Shown: one piece after another, positions 6,071 through 14,349 of the stretch | How the letters are laid out: every line of letters begins with the position of its first letter | Numbering within the stretch: the first letter of the stretch is position 1 | From: a virus | Taxonomy: Duplodnaviria > Caudoviricetes | IMG/VR virus record: IMGVR_UViG_3300012953_003364 | Location: 1-24,116 of that record | Length of the DNA: 24,116 nucleotides | Reading direction: 5' to 3' (one strand) | Position numbers and translations under genes: made by a program | The notes under the pieces: model-generated | What the model saw: only the letters and a program-made list of their open reading frames with translations | What the model was told of the DNA's origin: nothing | The model's database searches: none

Positions 6071-6097
6071 AGTATCTAAATTTTAGAGAGTGTACTT

Positions 6098-6697
6098 GTG
6101 AATTTATTTTATTTAGACAACGACCTTGAAAAGTGTGCAGAGTATCATGTAGATAAACACATTGTAAAAATGCCACTAGAAGTTGCACAATTATTATGCA
6201 CAGCAATATGGGTAGATGAGCATCTAGGATTTATACCTAGAGCCTTAGAAAAAGAAGAAAGAGATCATCTAAACGATCTCAAAAAAGATATAAAGCATCT
6301 ACCCCTAGAAGAGAGACCTCTTACACCATACTTACCAATGATGTATAATCATCCTTGTACTATATGGGTACGTTCCTCTCTTGATAATTTTGAGTGGACA
6401 CAGTGTTACGGAAACGCTTTGAATGATGAATATCATTACAGATATGGAAAACAACACAAATCCATTGTAGATGTAGTAAACAAACTACCAGAGCCGAAGA
6501 ATTTACCAAGACTAGGTTTTACAACCTTTGGACTGGCTATGCCAGACGAGTTGAAAGATTATGATAATCCGATCCAATCGTACAGAGACTACTACCACTT
6601 GGATAAAGCCACCTTCGCCAGTTGGTCGCATCGAGAGAGACCTCCATGGTGGAACGACCACTATGCAGACTATGAAAAAAGGATCACAGCAAAATGA
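6098..6697 (+). CDS. pyrimidine-dimer DNA glycosylase / endonuclease V-like family protein
   Basis: MNLFYLD...AEYHVDKHIVKMPLEVAQLL...NHPCTIWVRSS...EYHYRYGKQH...AMPDELK...SYRDYY signature. Confidence 0.8.
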   Translation: MNLFYLDNDLEKCAEYHVDKHIVKMPLEVAQLLCTAIWVDEHLGFIPRALEKEERDHLNDLKKDIKHLPLEERPLTPYLPMMYNHPCTIWVRSSLDNFEWTQCYGNALNDEYHYRYGKQHKSIVDVVNKLPEPKNLPRLGFTTFGLAMPDELKDYDNPIQSYRDYYHLDKATFASWSHRERPPWWNDHYADYEKRITAK

Positions 6698-6990
6698 AAG
6701 GACTAGAAAGACAGGAGGGAGGGGATCATTATGATCTTCCTATTCAGCCTTTAGAATATATTCACGCTAATAGGTTAGGGTATATAGAAGGCAATATAAT
6801 TAAGTATGCTACTCGACACAGAAATAAAAACGGTATGGAAGATATAAAAAAGATAATACACTACTGTGAATTACTATTGGAGTTAGAATATGGCGGTAAA
6901 GAAGAAGAGTCACGAGAATCTGAGCAACAAAAACATAGAGAAAGTGATGAGCCTACTTTCGGGTACTACTACAGAAAAGGCTATAACTAA
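6694..6990 (+). CDS. DUF3310 protein (T7 gp1.7-like putative nucleotide kinase)
   Basis: QEGGDHY...IQPLEYI...EGNIIKYATRHRNKNGMEDIKKIIHY. Confidence 0.85.
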   Translation: MKGLERQEGGDHYDLPIQPLEYIHANRLGYIEGNIIKYATRHRNKNGMEDIKKIIHYCELLLELEYGGKEEESRESEQQKHRESDEPTFGYYYRKGYN

Positions 6991-7612
6991 AAAAGAAGCG
7001 TGTGATATTTTAAATATCTCCTATAATACTGTAAGATTACAGAAAGTAATTGATGATTATGTAGATAAAAGAGAATACACAAAAAATAGAAAGAAGTCGC
7101 TACGGGGTCGTCCAGCGTCTGAGCAAGAGATACAAGAGGCTTGTGAAAGTTATTTAGAAGGCGATACCATTAGTGATATTTCGAAAAGATTATTTCGTTC
7201 TGCAGGATTTGTTCGTACACTACTAGATCGAGTAGGAGTACCTCAGAGACCAAATAATAAAGAAGAGCGAAGGATTCCACACGTTTATCCAGATGAGTGT
7301 ATGTCAGAGGATTTCGAAGAGGGAGAGATTGCATGGTCAGCAACATACCATGCACCAGTAACAATCTTACATAGAATAACAAAAGAATATGTAGATTTAA
7401 AAAAGGGAATGGGAAAGACAAGCTACACAGAAACTTATGGGTGTCCTTGTTATTCCATATATGTAAAACAACGATCAGAGCCAAATACGGATGATCCATT
7501 TGCAATACCACATAGCGGAGGTTTTTATGCTTATCAACTTGCCTATGAGTTATGCAAACTAGAACATCTGAAACATTATGGTGTTAGATTAGAACGAATA
7601 GGAAATGTATAA
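6890..7612 (+). CDS. D2: T5 D2-like DNA-binding protein
   Basis: TKKEACDILNIS, YLEGDTISDISKRLFRS and FEEGEIAW resemble T5 D2; syntenic upstream of D3. Confidence 0.75.
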   Translation: MAVKKKSHENLSNKNIEKVMSLLSGTTTEKAITKKEACDILNISYNTVRLQKVIDDYVDKREYTKNRKKSLRGRPASEQEIQEACESYLEGDTISDISKRLFRSAGFVRTLLDRVGVPQRPNNKEERRIPHVYPDECMSEDFEEGEIAWSATYHAPVTILHRITKEYVDLKKGMGKTSYTETYGCPCYSIYVKQRSEPNTDDPFAIPHSGGFYAYQLAYELCKLEHLKHYGVRLERIGNV

Positions 7613-7809
7613 TGTATTTAAAACACGCATTAATAAAATATTATGAGGGACTTATAGCAAAGCATCACTATAATATAGAAGTTTACTATAAAAATCCTGC
7701 AGGAATAGGGGAGCACTCAGATATAATTGAAGCAGTTGATATGGAACTTACAAAACTTGTAGATGCGCAGGATAAGTTAAATGCTGTCAGAGAGTTAAAT
7801 TATACTTAA
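7612..7809 (+). CDS. conserved hypothetical phage protein
   Basis: NPAGIGEHSDIIEA motif recalled from aquatic phage hypotheticals; TAATG coupling on both sides. Confidence 0.7.
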   Translation: MYLKHALIKYYEGLIAKHHYNIEVYYKNPAGIGEHSDIIEAVDMELTKLVDAQDKLNAVRELNYT

Positions 7810-8126
7810 TGATTATTATAGAACCCACCGCAGAAAAGGTTTTTACTGAATTAGTTTTACCATCAAAATCAATAGGTGTTCGTATTAAAGTACAAAGTGC
7901 TGGATGTAACGGGCATACATATGTAATGGAATGGTGCTATACGAAACAAGAAGGTGATCATATATTTCAAGGAGTAAAAGATATTTATATAGATAGCAAG
8001 AGTATGTTATATTTATATGGCTCACATTTAGTTTACAAACAAGATAAGTTTCAAGAAGGATTTGAGTTTATAAATCCAAACGAAACAAGCAAGTGCGGGT
8101 GTGGAGAGAGTTTCTATGTCGCATAG
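7809..8126 (+). CDS. iscA: A-type Fe-S carrier (IscA/HesB family)
   Basis: GCNG...Y, F.FINPNETSKCGCGESF; all three conserved Cys present. Confidence 0.9.
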   Translation: MIIIEPTAEKVFTELVLPSKSIGVRIKVQSAGCNGHTYVMEWCYTKQEGDHIFQGVKDIYIDSKSMLYLYGSHLVYKQDKFQEGFEFINPNETSKCGCGESFYVA

Positions 8127-8135
8127 GAGAAAGAA

Positions 8136-8534
8136 ATGGCATATTCACATAAAGTTATAGATCATTATGAGAATCCTCGCAATGTAGGAATAATGAATGC
8201 AGACGATGCCGATGTAGGTACAGGCATGGTTGGAGCACCTGCTTGCGGAGATGTAATGAGACTACAGATTCGTGTGGGTGATGATGATATAATTACAGAT
8301 GCAAAGTTTAAAACATATGGTTGCGGATCAGCGATTGCATCTAGTTCTTTACTAACAGAGTGGGTGAAAGGCAGAACTCTTGACGATGCAAATTCAATTA
8401 AGAATATGGATCTTGCAAACGAGCTTGCTTTACCTCCTGTAAAGATACACTGTTCAGTACTTGCTGAAGACGCAATCAAAACAGCTATCAAGGATGTCAA
8501 ACAAAAACGAGAGCAGTTTAAAAATAATTCTTGA
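8136..8534 (+). CDS. iscU: Fe-S cluster scaffold IscU
   Basis: MAYSHKVIDHYENPRNVG, GAPACGDVM, FKTYGCGSAIASSS, LPPVKIHCS; SD AGGAG. Confidence 0.96.
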   Translation: MAYSHKVIDHYENPRNVGIMNADDADVGTGMVGAPACGDVMRLQIRVGDDDIITDAKFKTYGCGSAIASSSLLTEWVKGRTLDDANSIKNMDLANELALPPVKIHCSVLAEDAIKTAIKDVKQKREQFKNNS

Positions 8535-8559
8535 CACCATGCTTATATTTTGTCATAAT
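8531..8559 (+). promoter_or_regulatory. sigma70-type promoter overlapping iscU stop
   Basis: AAATAATTC-TTGACA-17 nt-CATAAT-ATCTTTTCAAA. Confidence 0.8.
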
Positions 8560-8585
8560 ATCTTTTCAAAATATGAGAGGAAGCA

Positions 8586-9029
8586 ATGGGCGACCGATTT
8601 TACATGCAACAACTAAAAGCTCTGGGCGATTGCCCAGGAAACAAAAACCCAACTAAGAGGAATAAAAAAGTGGCTTGGGATGACGATAAAAAAGCACAAG
8701 CAGTATCAATGTACGAAGAAGCAGAACCAACTCCAGAGACCAGCATGGAGATTGTGAAGGATATTGCAGAAGAATTAGACGAATCACCTAACGGTGTTCG
8801 CATGATCTTAACCAAAGCTGGCGTTTATGTTAAGAAAACCCCTGCAACAAAGAGCAGTGGTTCAACAACAGGAGGAGCAACCCGAGTATCTAAAGCAGCA
8901 GCTGCAGAAACTTTGATTGCCGCAATTAGTGATGCGGGTCAGTCACCCGATGAAGAGATAATCTCAAAGTTGACAGGTAAAGCATCACAATATTTTGCCT
9001 CGATTATTACTGCAATAAACGAAGCATAA
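8586..9029 (+). CDS. D3: T5 D3-like DNA-binding protein (alternative GTG start at 8670)
   Basis: SMEIVKDIAEE...SPNGVRMILTKAGVYVKK and IISKLTGKA match T5 D3; synteny. Confidence 0.8.
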   Translation: MGDRFYMQQLKALGDCPGNKNPTKRNKKVAWDDDKKAQAVSMYEEAEPTPETSMEIVKDIAEELDESPNGVRMILTKAGVYVKKTPATKSSGSTTGGATRVSKAAAAETLIAAISDAGQSPDEEIISKLTGKASQYFASIITAINEA

Positions 9030-9035
9030 TTCAAG

Positions 9036-9068
9036 TACCTCACTAGATTTGTCTAGTGGGGTATTTTT
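9036..9068 (+). terminator. Rho-independent terminator after D3
   Basis: TACCTCACTAGA-TTTG-TCTAGTGGGGTA stem followed by TTTTT. Confidence 0.8.
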
Positions 9069-9140
9069 GCATCTACTAAAAGCACCTAACAGTAAGTACA
9101 TTCACAATAAATATTGCTGAAATACTACAGAGGAGCTAAA

Positions 9141-9407
9141 GTGAAGAAGCATGAACTAGCACAACTTGTGCACGATTATGGAGATGCGATCATTACTTAT
9201 CGTAGTGCGCACTCTAAAAAACTAAAATACAACGTATGTACTCTTGACTTCTCTACCCCATACATAAAGGATAAGAGAAATAGAGCAAAAGAAACAGATG
9301 AAACTCTTCTTTTGTTTTGCTGGGATACTGACTCTTATCGTTTGTTAAGACCTTCAAATGTATCAAGTGTAGTACCTCTATCTTCTATTCTAAGGAATGA
9401 AAGATAA
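9141..9407 (+). CDS. T5-conserved hypothetical protein (possibly WYL/Sm-like fold)
   Basis: SD AGGAG then GTG at 9141; LFCWDTDSYRLLRPSNV resembles the T5 gene between D3 and the PC4-like gene; the fold is inference. Confidence 0.7.
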   Translation: MKKHELAQLVHDYGDAIITYRSAHSKKLKYNVCTLDFSTPYIKDKRNRAKETDETLLLFCWDTDSYRLLRPSNVSSVVPLSSILRNER

Positions 9408-9706
9408 TGGAACTATATCAAGCACCCGAAGCCTACTCTCGAATTATACATTATGACGAAGAGAAACAAATACAGATAAGACTTACTATAAATACTTTTC
9501 GTGATATAGAATATCTACATTTGAGAAAGTATTATATGGACTTTCATGAAGAGTGGAAGCCAACTCCTGAAGGAGTAGCAATGCCTTTAGATTTTAGTAA
9601 CTCAAAAGAACTGTTTGCAGGTCTTACAGAGATACTTTCATTGGCAGAGTCAAAAAATCTCATTGAAGAACATTTTTCAGATTTGATTAAGGATTTGTAT
9701 AAATAA
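9407..9706 (+). CDS. PC4-like ssDNA-binding protein
   Basis: TINTFRDIEYLHLRKYYMDFHEEWKPTPEGVAM PC4 signature; T5 has a PC4 homolog just before its ligase. Confidence 0.85.
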   Translation: MELYQAPEAYSRIIHYDEEKQIQIRLTINTFRDIEYLHLRKYYMDFHEEWKPTPEGVAMPLDFSNSKELFAGLTEILSLAESKNLIEEHFSDLIKDLYK

Positions 9707-9709
9707 CTC

Positions 9710-9738
9710 TTGACAAAGTATCTAATTTTGCGTATAAT
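9710..9738 (+). promoter_or_regulatory. sigma70-type promoter
   Basis: TTGACA-17 nt-TATAAT. Confidence 0.85.
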
Positions 9739-9763
9739 ATTACTCTAATTTAATGGAAAACTT

Positions 9764-10750
9764 ATGCACGATTTTTTAGATAGAGCAAGTTCAATGTACT
9801 ACGAGGGCTATCCCATTATCTCGGACGAAGAGTTCGATTTACTTGCGGAGAGGCACAAATATAAAACTGTTGGTTACACGGTTACCGATGCAGTTCCTCA
9901 CGCCTATCAAATGTACTCCTTGCAAAAATGTTTCGATCTAGACGATGCTCCTCTGGATGTAGACAAGTGTGTATGTACTCCTAAATTAGACGGAGCAGCA
10001 GTTTCTATTCTGTATGCTGGAGGTACTCTTCAACTTGCTTTAACTAGAGGGGACGGTAAGCAAGGAAAAGATATTACTGATAAGATGCGTTGTATTGTTC
10101 CAACAGAGATCAAAAACACATCTTTAGTTCAAATTACAGGAGAAGTTGTTGCTCCAAAACATATTACAAATGCGCGTAACTTCGCATCGGGTGCTCTCGG
10201 ACTCAAGGACATTGAAGAGTTCAAAGATAGACCCGTATCATTTGTTGCCTACGATGCGACTCCCCACTTAGATCATGCAGTAACATATCTTTGTGTTTTG
10301 AAAACACTGCATCGTTTAGGCTTCAACACAGTACTGCCCCGATCTCAACCCGAAGCTCTACAAATAGCCGCGAAGCGACTAGTTGCAGAACAATCTTTTG
10401 ATTTAAGTATATATCCTACAGATGGATATGTGTATAGATTGAATGATAACGAAGAGTTTCTTGAGTTGGGGCATACTGCTCACCATCCGAGAGGTGCTTT
10501 CGCTTTGAAAGAAATCAAGGAGGGTGTTATAACTACATTATTGGATGTTATATGGCAGCTTGGAAAGTCAGGTGTAGTTAGTCCAGTAGCAGTTCTAAAG
10601 CCAGTAGATATTGGTGGGGCTAATGTCGCAAGAGCGACACTACACAACATTCAGTACATTCGTGATTTAGACTTGGAGATTGGTTGTCAAGTAGAAGTGA
10701 TAAGATCAGGGGACATCATACCTCGGGTTCTTAGACGTGTGGAAAAATAA
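9764..10750 (+). CDS. ligA: NAD-dependent DNA ligase, subunit A (adenylation + OB domains)
   Basis: YY...ISDEEFD, MYSLQK, KLDG motif I, LTRGDG, GEVV, RNFASG, TDG, ATLHN, IRSGDIIPRV. Confidence 0.93.
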   Translation: MHDFLDRASSMYYEGYPIISDEEFDLLAERHKYKTVGYTVTDAVPHAYQMYSLQKCFDLDDAPLDVDKCVCTPKLDGAAVSILYAGGTLQLALTRGDGKQGKDITDKMRCIVPTEIKNTSLVQITGEVVAPKHITNARNFASGALGLKDIEEFKDRPVSFVAYDATPHLDHAVTYLCVLKTLHRLGFNTVLPRSQPEALQIAAKRLVAEQSFDLSIYPTDGYVYRLNDNEEFLELGHTAHHPRGAFALKEIKEGVITTLLDVIWQLGKSGVVSPVAVLKPVDIGGANVARATLHNIQYIRDLDLEIGCQVEVIRSGDIIPRVLRRVEK

Positions 10751-10753
10751 TTC

Positions 10754-10783
10754 TTGACAACCAACCCCAAACTATCTTATAAT
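10754..10783 (+). promoter_or_regulatory. sigma70-type promoter between the ligase halves
   Basis: AAATAATTC-TTGACA-18 nt-TATAAT. Confidence 0.75.
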
Positions 10784-10810
10784 ATACATTCAATTTCAGA
10801 GGGACTGTTT

Positions 10811-11560
10811 ATGACGACGATTCAACCACCCACTACTTGCCCAAGTTGTGGTTCATTGTTGGACGAAGTCAATCACCTTTTGTATTGTAGAAATGAACAT
10901 TGCGGAGACAAACTTCTTAAACTAATTGAACACTTTGCCAAGACTCTTAAAATCAAGGGTCTAGGACCTGCTACAATTAAAAAACTACAGTTAAAGTCTA
11001 TAAACGACATATACTGGTTGACAGTAGAAGAGCTAAAGAAAAAACTCGACTCAAAAATTTTAGCACTGAAGTTGTTTAGTGAAATACAGAACTCTCGCAA
11101 TGCACCACTAAATGTGTTACTACCTGCTTTTAGTATACCTTTGATTGGCAAAACTGCCACAGAAAAACTTGCAACACAGTTTACAAGTATCGAAGAGATT
11201 TACTATGAGAAGTGTAGAAAGGCAGGGTTAGGGGAGAAAGCAGCTACAAACTTAACAGACTGGCTACAATCGGACTTTTACGACCTTTGCACATTACCTT
11301 TTAGTTGGAATTTTGAAAAAACCCAACAAACCACAACCCACGGAGTTGTTTGTATTAGTGGTAAACTTACCAGTTTTAAAAACAAAGCCGAGGCTCAAAA
11401 CAAACTTGAAGAGCTTGGTTATGTGGTCAAAGCAAGTTTGACCAAGGATGTTACAATCCTGGTGAATGAAAGCGGAATAGAATCCGCTAAAACTATAAAA
11501 GCCAGAGATTCTGGCGTACAAATAATAACTAATCTTTTAGATTTTATTGGAGAAAAATAA
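10811..11560 (+). CDS. ligB: NAD-dependent DNA ligase, subunit B (Zn finger, HhH, BRCT)
   Basis: PTTCPSCGS...YCRNEHC; IKGLG and IPLIG HhH motifs; C-terminal BRCT (VCISGKL...KA...GV). SD GAGGG supports ATG 10811. Confidence 0.9.
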   Translation: MTTIQPPTTCPSCGSLLDEVNHLLYCRNEHCGDKLLKLIEHFAKTLKIKGLGPATIKKLQLKSINDIYWLTVEELKKKLDSKILALKLFSEIQNSRNAPLNVLLPAFSIPLIGKTATEKLATQFTSIEEIYYEKCRKAGLGEKAATNLTDWLQSDFYDLCTLPFSWNFEKTQQTTTHGVVCISGKLTSFKNKAEAQNKLEELGYVVKASLTKDVTILVNESGIESAKTIKARDSGVQIITNLLDFIGEK

Positions 11561-12285
11561 TGGCACTTCCTAAGTGGACAGACGAGCGAACAGACGCTCT
11601 TACAAACTTTATAGGTGAAGAATCACCTATCTCACAAGGAACTGTAGCGGAAGCTGCAACTCACCTTGAAACCTCTACTCGTTCTATTTCTAGCAAATTG
11701 CGAAAAATGGGATATGACGTAGAATTAGCTTCTTCGGCTTCTAGCCGAGCGTTCAGTGATGAGCAAGAAGCAGTTCTTGCCGCCTTTGTTACAGACAACA
11801 GTGGTGAGTATACTTATGCAGAGATTGCAGGTCATTTCGAAGATGGCGCATTCTCACCTAAGTCAATACAAGGCAAGATCCTTTCAATGGAACTTACCGA
11901 TCATGTTAAGCCTGCTCCCAAAGTGGAAGCAGTAAGAACTTACACCCCAGAAGAAGAGGCAACTTTTGTCTCAATGGTAAACGATGGATCTTTCGTAGAA
12001 GCTATCGCAGAAGCATTGGGCAGATCAGTTAACTCTGTTCGTGGTAAGGCTCTTAGCTTACTCAGATCAGGAGACATTGGAGCAATACCTCGTCAAGAGT
12101 TTACCATGAGTTCTTCGAAAGAAGATCCCTTGGCAGGACTTGGCGACGTAAGCGCTATGTCAGTAGACACTATCGCAGAAGCGATTGGAAAAACTGCACG
12201 TGGTGTTAAAACTATGCTAACACGCAGAGGACTATGTGCCTCTGACTATGATGGCGCATCTAAGAAAGAAAAAGCATCAGCTTAA
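11560..12285 (+). CDS. D5: T5 D5-like DNA-binding transcription regulator (tandem HTH repeats)
   Basis: Repeated HTH units (STRSISSKLRKMG, TYAEIA, IAEALGRSVNSVRGK, IAEAIGKTARGVKTMLTRRGL...DYDG); T5 synteny. Confidence 0.85.
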   Translation: MALPKWTDERTDALTNFIGEESPISQGTVAEAATHLETSTRSISSKLRKMGYDVELASSASSRAFSDEQEAVLAAFVTDNSGEYTYAEIAGHFEDGAFSPKSIQGKILSMELTDHVKPAPKVEAVRTYTPEEEATFVSMVNDGSFVEAIAEALGRSVNSVRGKALSLLRSGDIGAIPRQEFTMSSSKEDPLAGLGDVSAMSVDTIAEAIGKTARGVKTMLTRRGLCASDYDGASKKEKASA

Positions 12286-12301
12286 TTTTTTAGACTATTT
12301 T

Positions 12302-12333
12302 GGGCAGGCTCTTCGGGGTCTGCTCGTATTTTT
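12302..12333 (+). terminator. cUUCGg hairpin / weak terminator after D5
   Basis: GGGCAGGCTC-TTCG-GGGTCTGCTC followed by GTATTTTT. Confidence 0.7.
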
Positions 12334-12350
12334 GATTCGGGGGGATCTTT

Positions 12351-13700
12351 TTGAACATCGCAAGTGCGTTGATAAAGCAAGTGCTCGCACTCCAAGACTT
12401 TCAGACTTGGAGCGTTACGCATAAGCAGTATCTACCATCTGAGTATCATAGCTTGTATAAAGTTATTGATAAACATTGCGAGACTTTTCATAAGATGCCC
12501 ACAATTGAAGATCTCAAGTATGAGATTCGTGATTCAAGTACTCGTGAAAAACTTTTTGCAGTTGAAGCAGTAGAGGTCGATGCCGATCCCGATATGCTTC
12601 TTCAGTACTTGAAGAACGAATATACTCAGAAAGAAATTCTGGACTCATTGGAAGATTATGTTGAAAATTCAGTAGCATTCGAGGATGCTCAAGAATCAGT
12701 AGACCATCTTCACCAAATCGTCATGGACATCGAGGACAAGGTTGATTTGGAAGATCCGCAGGAAAGTATGCAACGTATTGAACTGTTTGAGCCAGAAGAG
12801 GATTTAGCAAAGTACATTCGTCTTGGTCTGAATAAAGACTATGACCATGAGATACAGTTCTCTCCGCGAGACTTGATTATGGTTGGAGGACGAAGAGGTG
12901 CTGGTAAATCTGTTATTTGCGCAAACATTGCGAACAATGTTTACGAAAGTGGTAAGTCGGCTGTTTATTTCACTATTGAGATGGACAGCCGATCTATCCT
13001 TCAACGCTGTTGTTCTATAGCAACAGAGATTCCTTTTGCAAGACTTCGTACCCAAAATCTCAGTATAATAGAGTGGGAGAAGGTTGCAGCATGGTGGTCT
13101 AATAGATATGTGAATGGACAAGACCGCTTGAACGAGTACAAAGAACATCGTGATTTTACAAGATTACATGATACACTAAAGAATAGTTGTGAGCTTCTCC
13201 CGACTCGACAGCTAGATGTTGTGTATGATGCTAGTCTTACTCTGTCGAAGATTCGATCAGATCTTGACAAAAAAGTAAAACAGATGGACGTTGGTGTAAT
13301 TATAGTCGATTACATAAATCAAGTAAAGCGGTCGAGTCTTCCCTCAAGAGGTGGACAATATGATTGGACAGAGCAGATCGAAGTCAGTAAGGCTTTGAAA
13401 TCTATGGCTCAAGAATTTGAAGTACCAGTATTCTCACCATATCAAACAGATGCAAGCGGAGAAGCGCGTTTTGCAAAAGGAATTTTAGACGCGGCAGATG
13501 CCGCCTATACTTTAGAAACATGGGATCATGAAGATGCTTGTATTACACTGAACTGTGTAAAAATGCGATCAGCTTCTATGAAATCATTCACCTCGACAGT
13601 TGATTGGGATAGTCTAAAGATTGGCCCAGAAACTGCACTTACTCCAAAAGAAAGAGAAGATTCTTCTCATAAAACAGGCGAAGATATAGATGATATCTAG
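12351..13700 (+). CDS. D6: DnaB-like replicative helicase (T5 D6)
   Basis: Walker A GGRRGAGKS, FTIEM, Walker B IIVDYINQ, SKALKSMAQE; TTG start after GGGGGA. Confidence 0.9.
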   Translation: MNIASALIKQVLALQDFQTWSVTHKQYLPSEYHSLYKVIDKHCETFHKMPTIEDLKYEIRDSSTREKLFAVEAVEVDADPDMLLQYLKNEYTQKEILDSLEDYVENSVAFEDAQESVDHLHQIVMDIEDKVDLEDPQESMQRIELFEPEEDLAKYIRLGLNKDYDHEIQFSPRDLIMVGGRRGAGKSVICANIANNVYESGKSAVYFTIEMDSRSILQRCCSIATEIPFARLRTQNLSIIEWEKVAAWWSNRYVNGQDRLNEYKEHRDFTRLHDTLKNSCELLPTRQLDVVYDASLTLSKIRSDLDKKVKQMDVGVIIVDYINQVKRSSLPSRGGQYDWTEQIEVSKALKSMAQEFEVPVFSPYQTDASGEARFAKGILDAADAAYTLETWDHEDACITLNCVKMRSASMKSFTSTVDWDSLKIGPETALTPKEREDSSHKTGEDIDDI

Positions 13701-14013
13701 AAAAGATATGCTACAGCTCTCTGTAAAAGAACTTAGAGAGTCTCAATTCAGTTTTATGCTACTTACAATAAACGTATCAAGTATAAAACCAGTGCAAGAA
13801 GAAAGACTTCCTTTATCAAAAAAATACTTTGATAGATTCATAAAAGTTTTAAATAACACTCACAAACCTCTTGTCGTAGATGAAAACTGCGTATTAATAG
13901 ACGGGCATCACAGATTAGATGTATTAAAAAAGTTAAAAAGGAAAGAGACGAAAGTATACAAAGTAGACGCAACCTTTGAAGAAATACTTGATGCCTTCAA
14001 AAATAATTCTTGA
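13690..14013 (+). CDS. standalone ParB/Srx N-terminal-domain protein
   Basis: SIKPVQ...PLVVDENCVLIDGHHRL (GxxR box) ParB/Sulfiredoxin signature. Confidence 0.75.
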   Translation: MISRKDMLQLSVKELRESQFSFMLLTINVSSIKPVQEERLPLSKKYFDRFIKVLNNTHKPLVVDENCVLIDGHHRLDVLKKLKRKETKVYKVDATFEEILDAFKNNS

Positions 14014-14038
14014 CATTATATCTTAATTTAAGTATAAT
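14010..14038 (+). promoter_or_regulatory. sigma70-type promoter overlapping the ParB-N gene stop
   Basis: AAATAATTC-TTGACA-17 nt-TATAAT. Confidence 0.85.
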
Positions 14039-14067
14039 ATACTCTTGACTAAAAAAGGATCAGCAAT

Positions 14068-14349
14068 ATGGCAATTATGTTTGGCAGTTTACGACACACT
14101 TATTCAGGTAGAAAGAGAAAGGCCTTGCCTAAAGCAAGTAATTATCAAAAAGAGTTCAAGCCTTTTGAATCAAAGCCTGTATACAGACGAGAGACAAAAC
14201 AGTACAAGTCTGTAAGTGCAATGGCATCTCCCTGTGTAGTAGTTGATAGAAGCTATACAAAAGATGCAAACTTCACAGTTGCCCCCGCCTACAACAAAGG
14301 TGCTTATCAAGTAATTAGTAAAGAGAATATTCAGGATATTGGTAGATGA
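14068..14349 (+). CDS. conserved basic hypothetical protein
   Basis: C-terminal VAPAYNKGAYQVI motif recalled from aquatic phage hypotheticals; AAGGA SD; ATGA overlap with primase. Confidence 0.75.
   Translation: MAIMFGSLRHTYSGRKRKALPKASNYQKEFKPFESKPVYRRETKQYKSVSAMASPCVVVDRSYTKDANFTVAPAYNKGAYQVISKENIQDIGR

Noticed and set aside
7809-8534. Host chromosomal contamination for iscA/iscU and rpsU
   Set aside because: These genes are tightly packed with phage genes, share the AT-rich codon style, terminate in the phage promoter motif (iscU, rpsU), and the iscA-iscU order is reversed from the cellular iscU-iscA order.
10740-10815. Frameshift, intron or pseudogene in the ligase
   Set aside because: The two-gene ligase is the normal T5 arrangement; ligB has its own promoter, SD and ATG.
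632-14015. Recurring 15-mer as CRISPR repeat, att site or transposon end
   Set aside because: Copies are dispersed, not regularly spaced, and always part of a -35/-10 promoter; no cas, integrase or transposase in the window.
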